From contig CAZICD010000002.1 in the NCBI GenBank assembly GCA_964537725.1, positions 32,356 to 96,355 of the forward strand: DNA of 64,000 bases. The letters are read 5' to 3'. Below are positions 1 through 8,706 of the stretch, piece after piece. The notes beneath the pieces are model-generated. The model was not told the origin of the DNA and did no database searches. It saw only the letters and a list, made by a program, of their open reading frames with translations. The translations under genes were made by a program, and so were the position numbers. This stretch comes from an uncultured Spirochaetaceae bacterium (GTDB lineage Bacteria > Spirochaetota > Spirochaetia > DSM-27196 > SLST01). Position 1 is the first letter of the stretch; every line of letters starts with the position of its first letter.

Positions 1-2
1 TC

Positions 3-602
3 GTGAGCGTGGGCCGGGCGCCGAACACCGAGGACCTCGGCCTTGAGAAGGTGGGCGTGAAGACCGAGAAGGGCTTCATCAAGGTCCGCGACTACTACCA
101 GACCGACGTCTCGGGCGTCTACGCGATCGGCGACGTCGTTCCCACGATGCAGCTCGCGCACGTGGCGAGCAAGGAGGGCGAGATCGCCGTGGAGCACATG
201 GCGGGTCACAGCCCGGAGAAGATGGTCGATGCGGACCTCGTGCCGGCGGCGATCTACACCGAGCCGCAGATCGCGAGCTTCGGGCCAACCGAGGAGCAGG
301 CGACCGAGCGCGGTCTGAAGTTCGAGAAGGCTTCGTTCCCCTACCGCGGCGCCGGCAAGTCGGTCGCGATCGGAGCGCCCGACGGGCTCGTGAAGATCCT
401 CTACGAGAAGGAGACGCACGAGTTCATCGCCGCGCACGTCGCAGGGAGCAACGCGACCGAGCTCATCCACGAGCTGCTCCTGGGTAAGCGCAGCGAGCTC
501 CTGCCCGAGGACATCGCGACGATGATCCACGCGCACCCGACGCTCAGCGAGGCCGTCATGGAGGCTGCGCGGGCCGCCGAAGGGTGGGCCATCCACGTCT
601 AG
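3..602 (+). CDS. lpdA: Dihydrolipoyl dehydrogenase (E3), C-terminal fragment; the 5' end lies outside the window
   Basis: The frame is open from the window edge. It contains GVYAIGDV (FAD-binding G-x-x-A-x-G-D) and the C-terminal dimerisation signature HAHPTLSEAVMEAA typical of pyridine-nucleotide disulfide oxidoreductases. Stop TAG is at 600-602. Confidence 0.9.
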   Translation: MSVGRAPNTEDLGLEKVGVKTEKGFIKVRDYYQTDVSGVYAIGDVVPTMQLAHVASKEGEIAVEHMAGHSPEKMVDADLVPAAIYTEPQIASFGPTEEQATERGLKFEKASFPYRGAGKSVAIGAPDGLVKILYEKETHEFIAAHVAGSNATELIHELLLGKRSELLPEDIATMIHAHPTLSEAVMEAARAAEGWAIHV

Positions 603-604
603 CT

Positions 605-1690
605 ATGTCTGAGAACGTTCCCGACAGACCGCACGTAGACCAGCAGAGATTTTCTGCTGGTCTGCTCTTCGTTCTGACGATCATCGCGGTCGGAGGGGTC
701 CTGAAACTCACCGCGGGCATCGTGCAGCCGCTGGTGATCGCGCTCCTGCTCAGTTTCGTTCTCAACCCCATCGTCGAGGCGCTCCACCGCCTCCGCGTGC
801 CGCGGCTGCTCGGTATTCTCCTCGTCATCGCGCTGCTGCTCGGGTTCGGCTCGCTCGTGGCCTTCATCCTCTACACGAGCGTCCAGCGCGTCGTGCGGCA
901 GTTGCCGCTCTACATCGACCGGATGCTCGCGCTGGCACAGCGGGCGACGGAGTTCCTCGAGCTGCCGTCCAGTCTGCTCACCGAGCTGGACATCACCCGC
1001 CGGATCGGTAACTACGTCGTCTCGTTCTCCGGCAGCTTCCTGACGGTGCTGGGCAGTCTCACGATGGTGCTGATCTTCCTGCTCTTTCTGCTTCTGGAGA
1101 AGCCGTACCTTCGTCCGAAGGTGACCGAGGCGCTCCAGGGGCCGCGCACCGCCAAGCTCTGGCGAATCGTCGGGCACACGAACGCGCAGATCGGGCGCTA
1201 TCTGTCGGTGAAGCTCGTGGTGAGCCTGGCGACCGGGCTCCTCGTCTGGGCCGCCTTCAGCATCATCGGCGTCGACTTCGCCTTCGTGTGGGCGGTGCTG
1301 AGCTTCCTGTTCAACTTCATCCCGTCAATCGGTTCGATCGTCGTAGGGGTCGCGAGCTCGGTGTTCGCGCTGGTTCAGTTCTACCCGAATCCGAACCCCA
1401 TCGTCGCCGCGGCGATCTCCATGTTGACAATCCAGCTCGTTCTGGGCAATGTGATCGATCCGAAGCTGCAGGGCGACCGGCTGAAGATCAGCCCGGTGGT
1501 GATTCTCTTCTCGCTGCTCTTCTGGGGGTGGCTCTGGGGGATCGTCGGGCTGTTCCTCGCGGTTCCGCTGACGGTCGCGTTGAAGATCGTCTTTGAGAAT
1601 ATACCGGGGTACGAATTCGTCGCCGTCCTCATGGGCCGCACCGAATCCGAAGAGCACGGGCGGCTCGCGCACGACGAGGAAGAAGAGTAG
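605..1690 (+). CDS. AI-2E family (PerM/UPF0118) membrane transporter
   Basis: Multi-pass hydrophobic protein with the family-typical FNFIPSIGS...GDRLKISPVVILFSLLFWGWLWGIVGLFLAVPL region. I chose ATG 605, three nt after the lpdA stop, over the track start at 584, which overlaps lpdA. Confidence 0.8.
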   Translation: MSENVPDRPHVDQQRFSAGLLFVLTIIAVGGVLKLTAGIVQPLVIALLLSFVLNPIVEALHRLRVPRLLGILLVIALLLGFGSLVAFILYTSVQRVVRQLPLYIDRMLALAQRATEFLELPSSLLTELDITRRIGNYVVSFSGSFLTVLGSLTMVLIFLLFLLLEKPYLRPKVTEALQGPRTAKLWRIVGHTNAQIGRYLSVKLVVSLATGLLVWAAFSIIGVDFAFVWAVLSFLFNFIPSIGSIVVGVASSVFALVQFYPNPNPIVAAAISMLTIQLVLGNVIDPKLQGDRLKISPVVILFSLLFWGWLWGIVGLFLAVPLTVALKIVFENIPGYEFVAVLMGRTESEEHGRLAHDEEEE

Positions 1691-1696
1691 GGAGCG

Positions 1697-2794
1697 ATGG
1701 AAGAGAAGAAGCGTATTCTGACCGGAGACCGGCCCACCGGCCGCCTCCATCTTGGGCACTACGTCGGCTCGCTCAAGAACCGCGTACGGCTGCAGAACGA
1801 GTACGAGTGTTTCTTCCTCGTGGCGGACCTGCATATGCTGACGACCCGGCCGGAGAAGGAGCACATCGAGGCGATCACCGAGAACGCCCGCCAGATGGCG
1901 TACGACTACATGGCGTGCGGCATCGACCCGGCGAAGAGCGTGATCTACCTGCAGAGCGCGGTCACCGAGACGCACGAGCTCAATCTCTACCTCGAGATGC
2001 TCGTCACGGTACCCCGGCTGCAGAGGATGCCCAGCCTGAAAGATATGGCGCGCAACGCCCACCTCAACGAGATGCCGTTCGGGCTGCTCGGTTATCCCGT
2101 GCTCCAGTCGGCCGACATCCTGCTCCCCCGCGCGCACCTCGTACCGGTCGGCAAGGACAACGAGGCGCACGTCGAGCTCACGCGCGAGCTCGCGCGCCGG
2201 TTCAACAACCTCTACGGCGAGGTCTTCCCGGTCCCCGACGTCATGGTCGGCGACGTGCCCACGCTCGTCGGCACCGACGGGCAGGCGAAGATGTCGAAGA
2301 GCCTGGGCAACGCGATCATGCTCTCGGACGACACGAAGAGCGTGCAGAAGAAGGTCAACGGGATGTACACCGATCCGAACCGGGTCAGCGCGGACGTCCC
2401 GGGCACCGTCGAGGGGAACCCGGTCTTCGTCTACCACGACGTCTTCAACCCGAACACCGCCGAGGTCGAAGACCTCAAGGAGCGCTACCGGGCCGGGAGC
2501 GTGGGCGACGTGGAGGTCAAACAGAAGCTCGCAACCGCGATCAACTCGTTTCTTGACCCGATTCGCGAGCGCCGGGCCGAGCTCGAGGCGAAGAGCGGGT
2601 ACGTGGACGAGGTGCTCTACGAGGGCACGAACCGGATGCGGGAGGAGGCGCGCGAGACCATTCTCGCCGCGCGCAAGGCGATGGGCCTGACCGGTGTCTG
2701 GAACAAGATAAGCCGCAAGGCGGAGAAGGCGCGGAAGAAGCGCGAGAAGGACTCCGGAGCGGAGGCTGTCGGTACCGGGGAGGGCGCGGGCTGA
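1697..2794 (+). CDS. trpS: Tryptophanyl-tRNA synthetase with a Lys/Arg-rich C-terminal tail
   Basis: Class I aaRS motifs: RLHLGHYVG (HIGH-type) and KMSKSLGN (KMSKS). N-terminus [15 protein letters not shown] is typical of TrpS. The extra tail is ...[27 protein letters not shown]. Confidence 0.95.
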   Translation: MEEKKRILTGDRPTGRLHLGHYVGSLKNRVRLQNEYECFFLVADLHMLTTRPEKEHIEAITENARQMAYDYMACGIDPAKSVIYLQSAVTETHELNLYLEMLVTVPRLQRMPSLKDMARNAHLNEMPFGLLGYPVLQSADILLPRAHLVPVGKDNEAHVELTRELARRFNNLYGEVFPVPDVMVGDVPTLVGTDGQAKMSKSLGNAIMLSDDTKSVQKKVNGMYTDPNRVSADVPGTVEGNPVFVYHDVFNPNTAEVEDLKERYRAGSVGDVEVKQKLATAINSFLDPIRERRAELEAKSGYVDEVLYEGTNRMREEARETILAARKAMGLTGVWNKISRKAEKARKKREKDSGAEAVGTGEGAG

Positions 2795-4299
2795 GCGGTA
2801 CTGCAGGCGACATCCGTGCCGTCGTCTTCGACCTCGACGGCACGCTGATCGACAGCGAACCCAACTATCGGGAGGTCGACGCAAGGTTCCTGCTCTCGAA
2901 GGGTATCCACCTCGCCGACGACGAGTGGGACGAGATCGTGGGGATGGGCGGAGCCCCCTTCGTCGACTACCTCCGTGAGCACCACGGCTTCACCGGCGAC
3001 GCCGACGCGTTCGTCGCGGAGAAGGACGAGCTCTACCTCCAGTACGCGCCCGGGCGGACGATCGCATTCCCGCTCACCGTCGAGCTCGTGCGCTACTTCC
3101 ACGTGCATGGCCTCGCTCTCGCGGTCGGGACCTCCTCGCGTCGCCGCGTGCTCGACCGGATGCTCGACGAGGCGGGCCTGCGGGACTACTTCGTCTCGTC
3201 GGTGGCCGGCGATGAGGTGGAGCGGGCCAAACCGTACCCCGACACCTTCCTCGAGGCGGCGAGGCGGCTCGGCGTCGACCCGACGGCGTGCCTCGTGATC
3301 GAGGACTCTCAGCACGGCGTGGAAGCCGCGCGCAGAGCCGGTATGCGTTCGATCGCGGTGCCCGCCACGACCACCGAGGGGCGACCGTGGTTCGGCTCGG
3401 CCGAGCTGGTATTTCCCGGCGGTCCGCCGAAGATCGACTTCGGTTCGGTAGTCGCGCTCCCGGGCATGCCGGCGCCGCTGGCGGCGCCGGACACGGCGAC
3501 CGTCGAGCGGTTTCGCTCGGTCGTGTGGGACTTCTACGCCGGGGCGAAGCGCGCGATGCCGTGGCGCGACACCGACGATCCCTACCGCATCCTCGTCTCC
3601 GAGTTCATGCTCCAGCAGACGCAGGTCTCCCGCGTGCTGCCGAAGTACGAGGCGTTCATCGAGCGGCTTCCTTCTGTGGACGATCTGGCTTCGGCGTCGC
3701 TGCAGGAGGTCCTCGCGCTCTGGCAGGGGCTCGGCTACAACCGGCGCGGGCGCAACCTCCGCGAAGCGGCCCGGACGATCGTCGAACGGTTCGACGGACG
3801 CGTGCCGCGCAGCGTCGAAGACCTGCGCGCGCTCCCCGGCGTGGGACCGTACACCGCCGCTGCTGTCGCGGCCTTCGCCCACGGAGCCCCCGTGGCTGTG
3901 CTCGAGACGAACATCCGGCGACTTCTCATTCACTACTTCTTCGCGCGCGCCGATCGCGTCGGCGATCGCGAGCTCGCCCCGCTGCTCGAAGCTCTGCTGC
4001 CGCACGGGCACGTACGCGACTGGTACTACGCGCTCATGGACTACGGTGCGATGCTCGGGCGCATCCTTCCGAACGCCAACCGACGCAGCGCCTCGTACGC
4101 GAAGCAGAGCGCGTTCTCCGGTTCGGTGCGCGAGGTGCGCGGCCGGATCGTGCGCGCGCTCAGCCGGAGCCCGGAGCTGTCGATCGAGGAGCTCGAGGTA
4201 TCGATCGGGCCGACCGACGAGCGGTTGCGGCCGGCGCTCGAAGGGCTCGAGCGCGACGGCCTGATCGTCGTCGACGGCCGACGCATCACGCTCCGGTAG
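2791..4299 (+). CDS. Fusion protein: HAD-superfamily phosphatase (beta-PGM-like) + MutY/EndoIII-type HhH-GPD glycosylase + C-terminal winged-helix-like domain. The start codon is uncertain and probably non-canonical.
   Basis: HAD motif [14 protein letters not shown] is encoded at 2821-2859, in frame but upstream of the first canonical start (GTG 2938). Other HAD motifs: [30 protein letters not shown]. Glycosylase part: [39 protein letters not shown] (HhH-GPD). The start given here is CTG 2791, overlapping the trpS stop. ATC 2812 and GTG 2938 are alternatives. Confidence 0.7.
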   Translation: MSGTAGDIRAVVFDLDGTLIDSEPNYREVDARFLLSKGIHLADDEWDEIVGMGGAPFVDYLREHHGFTGDADAFVAEKDELYLQYAPGRTIAFPLTVELVRYFHVHGLALAVGTSSRRRVLDRMLDEAGLRDYFVSSVAGDEVERAKPYPDTFLEAARRLGVDPTACLVIEDSQHGVEAARRAGMRSIAVPATTTEGRPWFGSAELVFPGGPPKIDFGSVVALPGMPAPLAAPDTATVERFRSVVWDFYAGAKRAMPWRDTDDPYRILVSEFMLQQTQVSRVLPKYEAFIERLPSVDDLASASLQEVLALWQGLGYNRRGRNLREAARTIVERFDGRVPRSVEDLRALPGVGPYTAAAVAAFAHGAPVAVLETNIRRLLIHYFFARADRVGDRELAPLLEALLPHGHVRDWYYALMDYGAMLGRILPNANRRSASYAKQSAFSGSVREVRGRIVRALSRSPELSIEELEVSIGPTDERLRPALEGLERDGLIVVDGRRITLR

Positions 4300-6217
4300 C
4301 GGCGCGATCGGCGCGCGCGACGAGGTCGCGCAGCCGCGCGAGCAGCGCGGCCTCGACGTCCGGCCGCTGTCCCTCGACATCCGCCATTACCCGGAAGACC
4401 GGCTCGGTCCCGCTGCCGCGCATCCAGAGAAAGGCGCGCGCGAGGCCGGTGGCATCGGCGAGCTCGATCTTCAGTCCGCCCCGCTCGGCGCCCGTGCGGT
4501 TGCCGGGGCCCGGACGGACGGCAGTCCGCTCGTAGTTCACCACCCGGTACTCCGTCACCCCCAGATCGTCCGGCAGCGAGGCGATGATCGCGCCCGCCTC
4601 GCCCGCGATCAGCCGTTCCGCCTCGCGCTTGAGCTGTGCGTGCGAGTCGCTGCGGATGCGCATGATCGCGCGCTCCTCGAAGGCGCTCGTCGTCGTGAAG
4701 CGGGGGAGGGAGGCGACGAGCGCAGCGAGGTCGTTGCGTTCGATGCCGCCGCCGGGAAGCCCGCAGCGGTCGATCCAGATGTCGAGCGGGGAGGGAGAGC
4801 CGGCCGAGGACTCGGTGTAGAGGAGCTTGAGCACGGCGTGGATCGTGTGCAACGGATCGCGCACCGCCGACGGGTGGGTGATGGTACCGCCGTTCGAGCC
4901 CTCGCCGAGCATGCGCACCAGGACGCCTTCGCCGCGCAGCTCGCGGGCGCGCGCGACCACGTTCGCCTCGCCCACCTCCGCCCGGTGGAGCTCCGCGCCG
5001 AAGAACCTTGCGATTCGGTCGATCCGCAGCGACGTGGGGCCGTTGACGACGACGGCGACTCTTCGAGATGGCCGGCCGTCGCCGTCGTAGGCGAGCTCGC
5101 CGGTGAAGACGAGCCACGCGAGCTCGGCGGCCGTGGAGAGCGCGAACACCTCCTGCGCCTCGAGCTGCCGCGCCTGCGCCGCCCTGCGGTCGTAGTAGAC
5201 GAGGTTTCCGCGGTCGCCGTCGTTGTCCGGGACGTAGCCGAGGACCCAGGAGGGGTCCTCGTGCGCGAGGCGATCGAGCTCGGCGCGGCACGCGGCGAGT
5301 CCTTCACCTTCCGGTACGATCTGGTGGGCAATCTCGCCCGGTCGGTCGTTGATCAGCGCCAGCCGGCAACCGGTCGTCGCGAGGTAGTCCCGGTCGATCG
5401 TCGCCGCCCGGGCGCTCCCGTTGAGGTCGCCGACGACCCCGGGGCCGGCGGCGGCGACGCCGGAGCGCAGATGCTCGAACGCGCGCGCGGCTCGAGGTCC
5501 GTCGCCGGCGATCACGCGGGTGCAGAAGCTCGAGTAGCGTGCGAGCGAATCTCCCTTGGCCTCGGGGATCGCGGCGAACACCGCACGCTCGGCGTCGTCC
5601 GCCGGCCGCGCGAGCTCGGCCGCGATGGCGGCGAGCTCGTCCGGTTCTGCGACGAGCGCGCGGAAGGCGTCGATCAGGGCGGACGCCTCGTCCCCGCCTG
5701 CGACGCCGCCGTCGCGGCCTCCCATCTTGAGCCCGTTGTGACCGACCGGGTTGTGGCTCGCGCTGACGTAGAAGAAGCCGTCGATCTCCGGCGTCGTCGC
5801 CGCGTACGCCATGACCTCCGGGGACGCGCAGACGAAGGGATAGATCACCTCGACGCCGGCGCCGAGCAGGGTTCTGATCGCGGCGCGCGCGAGCGCGGGG
5901 CCCGTGGGCCTCGTGTCGAGCGCGAGCGCGACCCGTGCGCGGCGGTCGCCTCTGCGGACGAGCGTGGCGGCGAAACAGCGCGCGGCCGCGCCGGCGGCGA
6001 CGAGGAGCTCGGGCGGCACATCGCGAGTCGTGCTTTCCTCGCCGCCGTCGGCTGCGAAGACGGTGCGCCACCCGGAGGCCGACAGGATCATGCGGTCGAC
6101 CGCCTCCCGCACCGCCGTGGCAATCGCATCCGACGGCCCGGCCGCGAAGGCTGGATCGACGATCGGCTCGTCGGGGTCGCCGACCGGCAGGCGCGTCCTC
6201 TCGTCGACGATCAGCAT
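4286..6217 (-). CDS. Phosphohexomutase (phosphoglucomutase/phosphomannomutase family)
   Basis: All four family motifs are present: SASHNPVGHNGLK (phosphoserine loop), PDNDGDRG (Mg2+), GEGSNGG (sugar) and RGSGTEP (phosphate). I take ATG 6217-6215 (MLIVDERT...) as the start. It overlaps the stop of the upstream barrel gene by 1 nt (TGATG). The 832-aa track ORF extension runs through that gene and was rejected. Confidence 0.85.
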   Translation of the reverse strand: MLIVDERTRLPVGDPDEPIVDPAFAAGPSDAIATAVREAVDRMILSASGWRTVFAADGGEESTTRDVPPELLVAAGAAARCFAATLVRRGDRRARVALALDTRPTGPALARAAIRTLLGAGVEVIYPFVCASPEVMAYAATTPEIDGFFYVSASHNPVGHNGLKMGGRDGGVAGGDEASALIDAFRALVAEPDELAAIAAELARPADDAERAVFAAIPEAKGDSLARYSSFCTRVIAGDGPRAARAFEHLRSGVAAAGPGVVGDLNGSARAATIDRDYLATTGCRLALINDRPGEIAHQIVPEGEGLAACRAELDRLAHEDPSWVLGYVPDNDGDRGNLVYYDRRAAQARQLEAQEVFALSTAAELAWLVFTGELAYDGDGRPSRRVAVVVNGPTSLRIDRIARFFGAELHRAEVGEANVVARARELRGEGVLVRMLGEGSNGGTITHPSAVRDPLHTIHAVLKLLYTESSAGSPSPLDIWIDRCGLPGGGIERNDLAALVASLPRFTTTSAFEERAIMRIRSDSHAQLKREAERLIAGEAGAIIASLPDDLGVTEYRVVNYERTAVRPGPGNRTGAERGGLKIELADATGLARAFLWMRGSGTEPVFRVMADVEGQRPDVEAALLARLRDLVARADRAATGA

Positions 6218-7329
6218 CAGTAGTGGAACCCGAAGCCGAGCGAGAACGGTACCCAGCGCTCCCCGGTGACGTCGGTCTCCGTCCAGAGGTAGTTCGTGTA
6301 GAAGACCAGGGTCGCCGCGTTGAAGAGGTCGAGGTAGAAACCTGCGCCGCTGGACAGGAGGGTTCCGCTGTTTTCCGCTGCGACCGGAGAGGTCTGCGAC
6401 GCGTCGTAGAACCAGCCGCCGTCGGTGTAGACGACGAGCCCCGGTACGATCCCGGGAAGCACGATGGCCGGCAGGTTCAGCCTCGCCTCCACGTTGCCGA
6501 CCGTCTTGAATGTCGCGTCGAAACGGCCGGAGCGGTAGCCGCGCACCGAGCCTCCGGTCGCCGAGCGGACCGATCGTCCTCCGGTCGTCGACCGGATGAT
6601 CTGCGGGATCTGCGGTCCGTTCGCCCAGTCGACCACCGAGAACGCCGCGAGGTAGGCGGAGAAGCGGTTTCGTCCGTCGACCGGCTCCGCCTCGTAGAGC
6701 GGGAGATAGCCGCGAAGCGTGAGCGTAGTCCGGTTGTAGTCGGCCTCGCCGAGAAGCTGGTTGTGGAGGAAGGGCGGTCCCCACTCGAGCGCGAGCTCAC
6801 CGGCGATTCCATGCTGTACGCGCGTCACGTCGTTCTTCGCGATCTCGCGGTAGGCGACGCCGCCGACGATCGACCCGCGGATGCTCGAATCGGCCTCCGG
6901 CAGGCCCGAGGCGAAGAAGAGCTGCTCGTCGTCCCCGAAGGGAAGGTCGTACTGCCCGCGGTAGAGCAGGAAGCCGACCGCAGTGTCGGCGTCGTCGCCG
7001 CCGCGGTCGAAGATGCCCTGCTGCACGCCGAGCTGCCAGACGAGGTCGAAGCGATCGTAGCTCGTCACGTCTGGGTCGTTGCCGTCCTCGGGGACGGTGT
7101 ACAGCTCTCCCTCGTCGGTACGGTAGTAGCCGGTGCGCTGGTAGGCGGGAGAGAGAAGCCCGGTGATCGACGTTTCAACGTCGTCGGGCGAAGGCGGTTC
7201 GAGCATGTAGCGACCCGCGACGGTCACGCCCCAGAACCGCGGTCCGAACCGGAACTCCCACTGATCGCTCTGCGCCCACGCGCCCGCTGCGATGAGCAGG
7301 AGCGCTGCGATGCTGCAAATTCGCCTCAT
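6217..7329 (-). CDS. Omp85/surface-antigen-like outer-membrane beta-barrel, with signal peptide and no POTRA region
   Basis: N-terminal signal MRRICSIAALLLIAAGAWAQS. The sequence has alternating beta-strand-like character rich in aromatic and Gly residues. The C-terminus is ...VPFSLGFGFHY with a terminal aromatic residue, typical of barrel proteins. Confidence 0.6.
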   Translation of the reverse strand: MRRICSIAALLLIAAGAWAQSDQWEFRFGPRFWGVTVAGRYMLEPPSPDDVETSITGLLSPAYQRTGYYRTDEGELYTVPEDGNDPDVTSYDRFDLVWQLGVQQGIFDRGGDDADTAVGFLLYRGQYDLPFGDDEQLFFASGLPEADSSIRGSIVGGVAYREIAKNDVTRVQHGIAGELALEWGPPFLHNQLLGEADYNRTTLTLRGYLPLYEAEPVDGRNRFSAYLAAFSVVDWANGPQIPQIIRSTTGGRSVRSATGGSVRGYRSGRFDATFKTVGNVEARLNLPAIVLPGIVPGLVVYTDGGWFYDASQTSPVAAENSGTLLSSGAGFYLDLFNAATLVFYTNYLWTETDVTGERWVPFSLGFGFHY

Positions 7330-7391
7330 AGGCGGGCATCGTAGCCCCCCGGAAGCGCTCGGTCAACTGATCCGGGTTGAGGAAGAACTCC

Positions 7392-7420
7392 TTGCGTAAG
7401 ATTATCTCCTTAATTATAAC
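7392..7420 (+). promoter_or_regulatory. Candidate sigma70-type promoter for the response-regulator/kinase pair
   Basis: TTGCGT-N17-TATAAC sits inside the only AT-rich island (7380-7435) between the barrel gene and the regulator gene. Confidence 0.35.
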
Positions 7421-7443
7421 TAAATCAGAAACCTCTACGGGCG

Positions 7444-8706
7444 GTGCGTGTGAAGAAGATACTGGTGATCGACGAGTCGAAACTGTTCCGCGATTTTCTC
7501 ACCCAGAAGCTGGGCGAGTTCGGTTTCGAGGTTGTGGCGGCGGTCAACGGCCTCGACGGCGCGGCCAAGCTCCGACGCGAAATGCCCGACCTGGTGATCA
7601 TGGACTACTACCTCTCCCGTACCTCGTCGGTCGACCTCCTGGACAAGAAGAAGGACGACCCGAACACGAGCGACATCCCGGTGATCATGGCGTCGAGCAA
7701 GATCGACCGCGATAAGCTCGTACAGATCGCGCGGTTCAACGTCAGGAAGTTCTTCACGAAGCCGATTCGTATGGACGCGCTCGTCAAGACGATCTCCGAA
7801 GTGCTCGGTGTGTCGCTCGACATCGACACGACCCCCTGCATCATCGAGGCGCACTTCAACGACGATATCCTGTTCATCGAAATCGCCCAGGGCCTCAACA
7901 AGGAGAAGATCGAGCTCCTGCGCTACAAGATCGTCGAGCTCATGGATCTCTACGAAGTGAAGAGCCCCAGGGTACTCATCATCATGTCCAGCATCGAGGT
8001 CGGCCCCGACGACTCGTTCAAGCTTTCGGCGCTGTTCACGACGGTGATGGACAATACGAAGGCGAAGCCACGGCAGGTGAAGGTCCTGACGAACTCCGAC
8101 TACGTAAGCGAGTTCATCGCCGACCGCTCCGAGTACGAGGGTGTGGAGGTCACGAACAACCTCGAGAGCGCGATGGACGGGCTGCTCGGCCGAAAGGCCG
8201 GGAGCTACATCGACCGCGAGAGCAGGACCGTCCACCAGGAGTTCCTCCAGGCGTCGAGCCCGAAGAGCGACCGGGAGGAGTCGGTCGACATGAAGTTCGA
8301 GGGTGAGCGCGCCAGCTACGACCTGAACGAGCTCGGCGAGGCCGTGACGATCGCGATCGTGGACGACGACTTCGTGATCCGCGAGATGGTGAAGGCGGTC
8401 CTCTCGGACATGGGACCGACGATCCGGGAGTACGAGAACGGCAGGCAGTTCGTCGACGATTCCGACGTGTCGGGCTGCGATCTCGTCTTTCTCGACCTGA
8501 TGATGCCGGAGATGGACGGTTTCCAGGTGATGGCGCAGCTGCAACGCGACGGAATCGACGTACCGATCATCGTACTGTCGGCGCTTTCTCAGCGCGAGAC
8601 CGTGGTCAAGGCGATGAAGTTCGGCGTCACCAGCTATCTCATCAAGCCGCTTCAACCCGAGGCGGTGCTCAACAAGGCCCGGGAGGTCCTGAGGACGAAC
8701 TTCTGA
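7444..8706 (+). CDS. Response regulator with two receiver domains flanking an uncharacterised central region of about 160 aa; no recognisable output domain
   Basis: REC1: ILVIDES...DLVIMDYYL...VIMASS...FFTKP. REC2: IAIVDDD...DLVFLDLMMPEMDG...IIVLSALS...YLIKP. Both keep the acidic pocket, the phospho-acceptor Asp, Ser/Thr and Lys. Confidence 0.85.
   Translation: MRVKKILVIDESKLFRDFLTQKLGEFGFEVVAAVNGLDGAAKLRREMPDLVIMDYYLSRTSSVDLLDKKKDDPNTSDIPVIMASSKIDRDKLVQIARFNVRKFFTKPIRMDALVKTISEVLGVSLDIDTTPCIIEAHFNDDILFIEIAQGLNKEKIELLRYKIVELMDLYEVKSPRVLIIMSSIEVGPDDSFKLSALFTTVMDNTKAKPRQVKVLTNSDYVSEFIADRSEYEGVEVTNNLESAMDGLLGRKAGSYIDRESRTVHQEFLQASSPKSDREESVDMKFEGERASYDLNELGEAVTIAIVDDDFVIREMVKAVLSDMGPTIREYENGRQFVDDSDVSGCDLVFLDLMMPEMDGFQVMAQLQRDGIDVPIIVLSALSQRETVVKAMKFGVTSYLIKPLQPEAVLNKAREVLRTNF

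Noticed and set aside
1325-2884. 519-aa minus-strand ORF covering trpS and the end of the AI-2E gene
   Set aside because: It is antisense to two genes with clear family motifs. The translation is Arg/Asp/His/Val-rich with no motif, which is a typical high-GC shadow ORF.
2617-4380. 587-aa minus-strand ORF, plus the 415-aa plus-strand ORF at 3288-4535
   Set aside because: They are antisense or off-frame to the HAD::glycosylase gene. Their Arg/Ala/Gly-rich, low-information composition marks them as shadow ORFs.
4640-6223. 527-aa plus-strand ORF, together with the 416-aa ORF (4041-5291), the 240-aa ORF (4609-5331) and the 469-aa ORF (5935-7344)
   Set aside because: All overlap the mutase or barrel genes, which have complete catalytic or structural signatures. 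Their compositions are shadow-type.
4286-6784. 832-aa version of the phosphohexomutase ORF
   Set aside because: The extra 189 N-terminal residues run through the barrel gene in another frame and are Arg/Gly/Pro-rich. An ATG at 6217 gives a sensible MLIVDERT... start coupled to the upstream stop.
7435-8655. 406-aa minus-strand ORF opposite the response regulator
   Set aside because: The regulator frame carries two textbook receiver domains, and the antisense translation has no motif.
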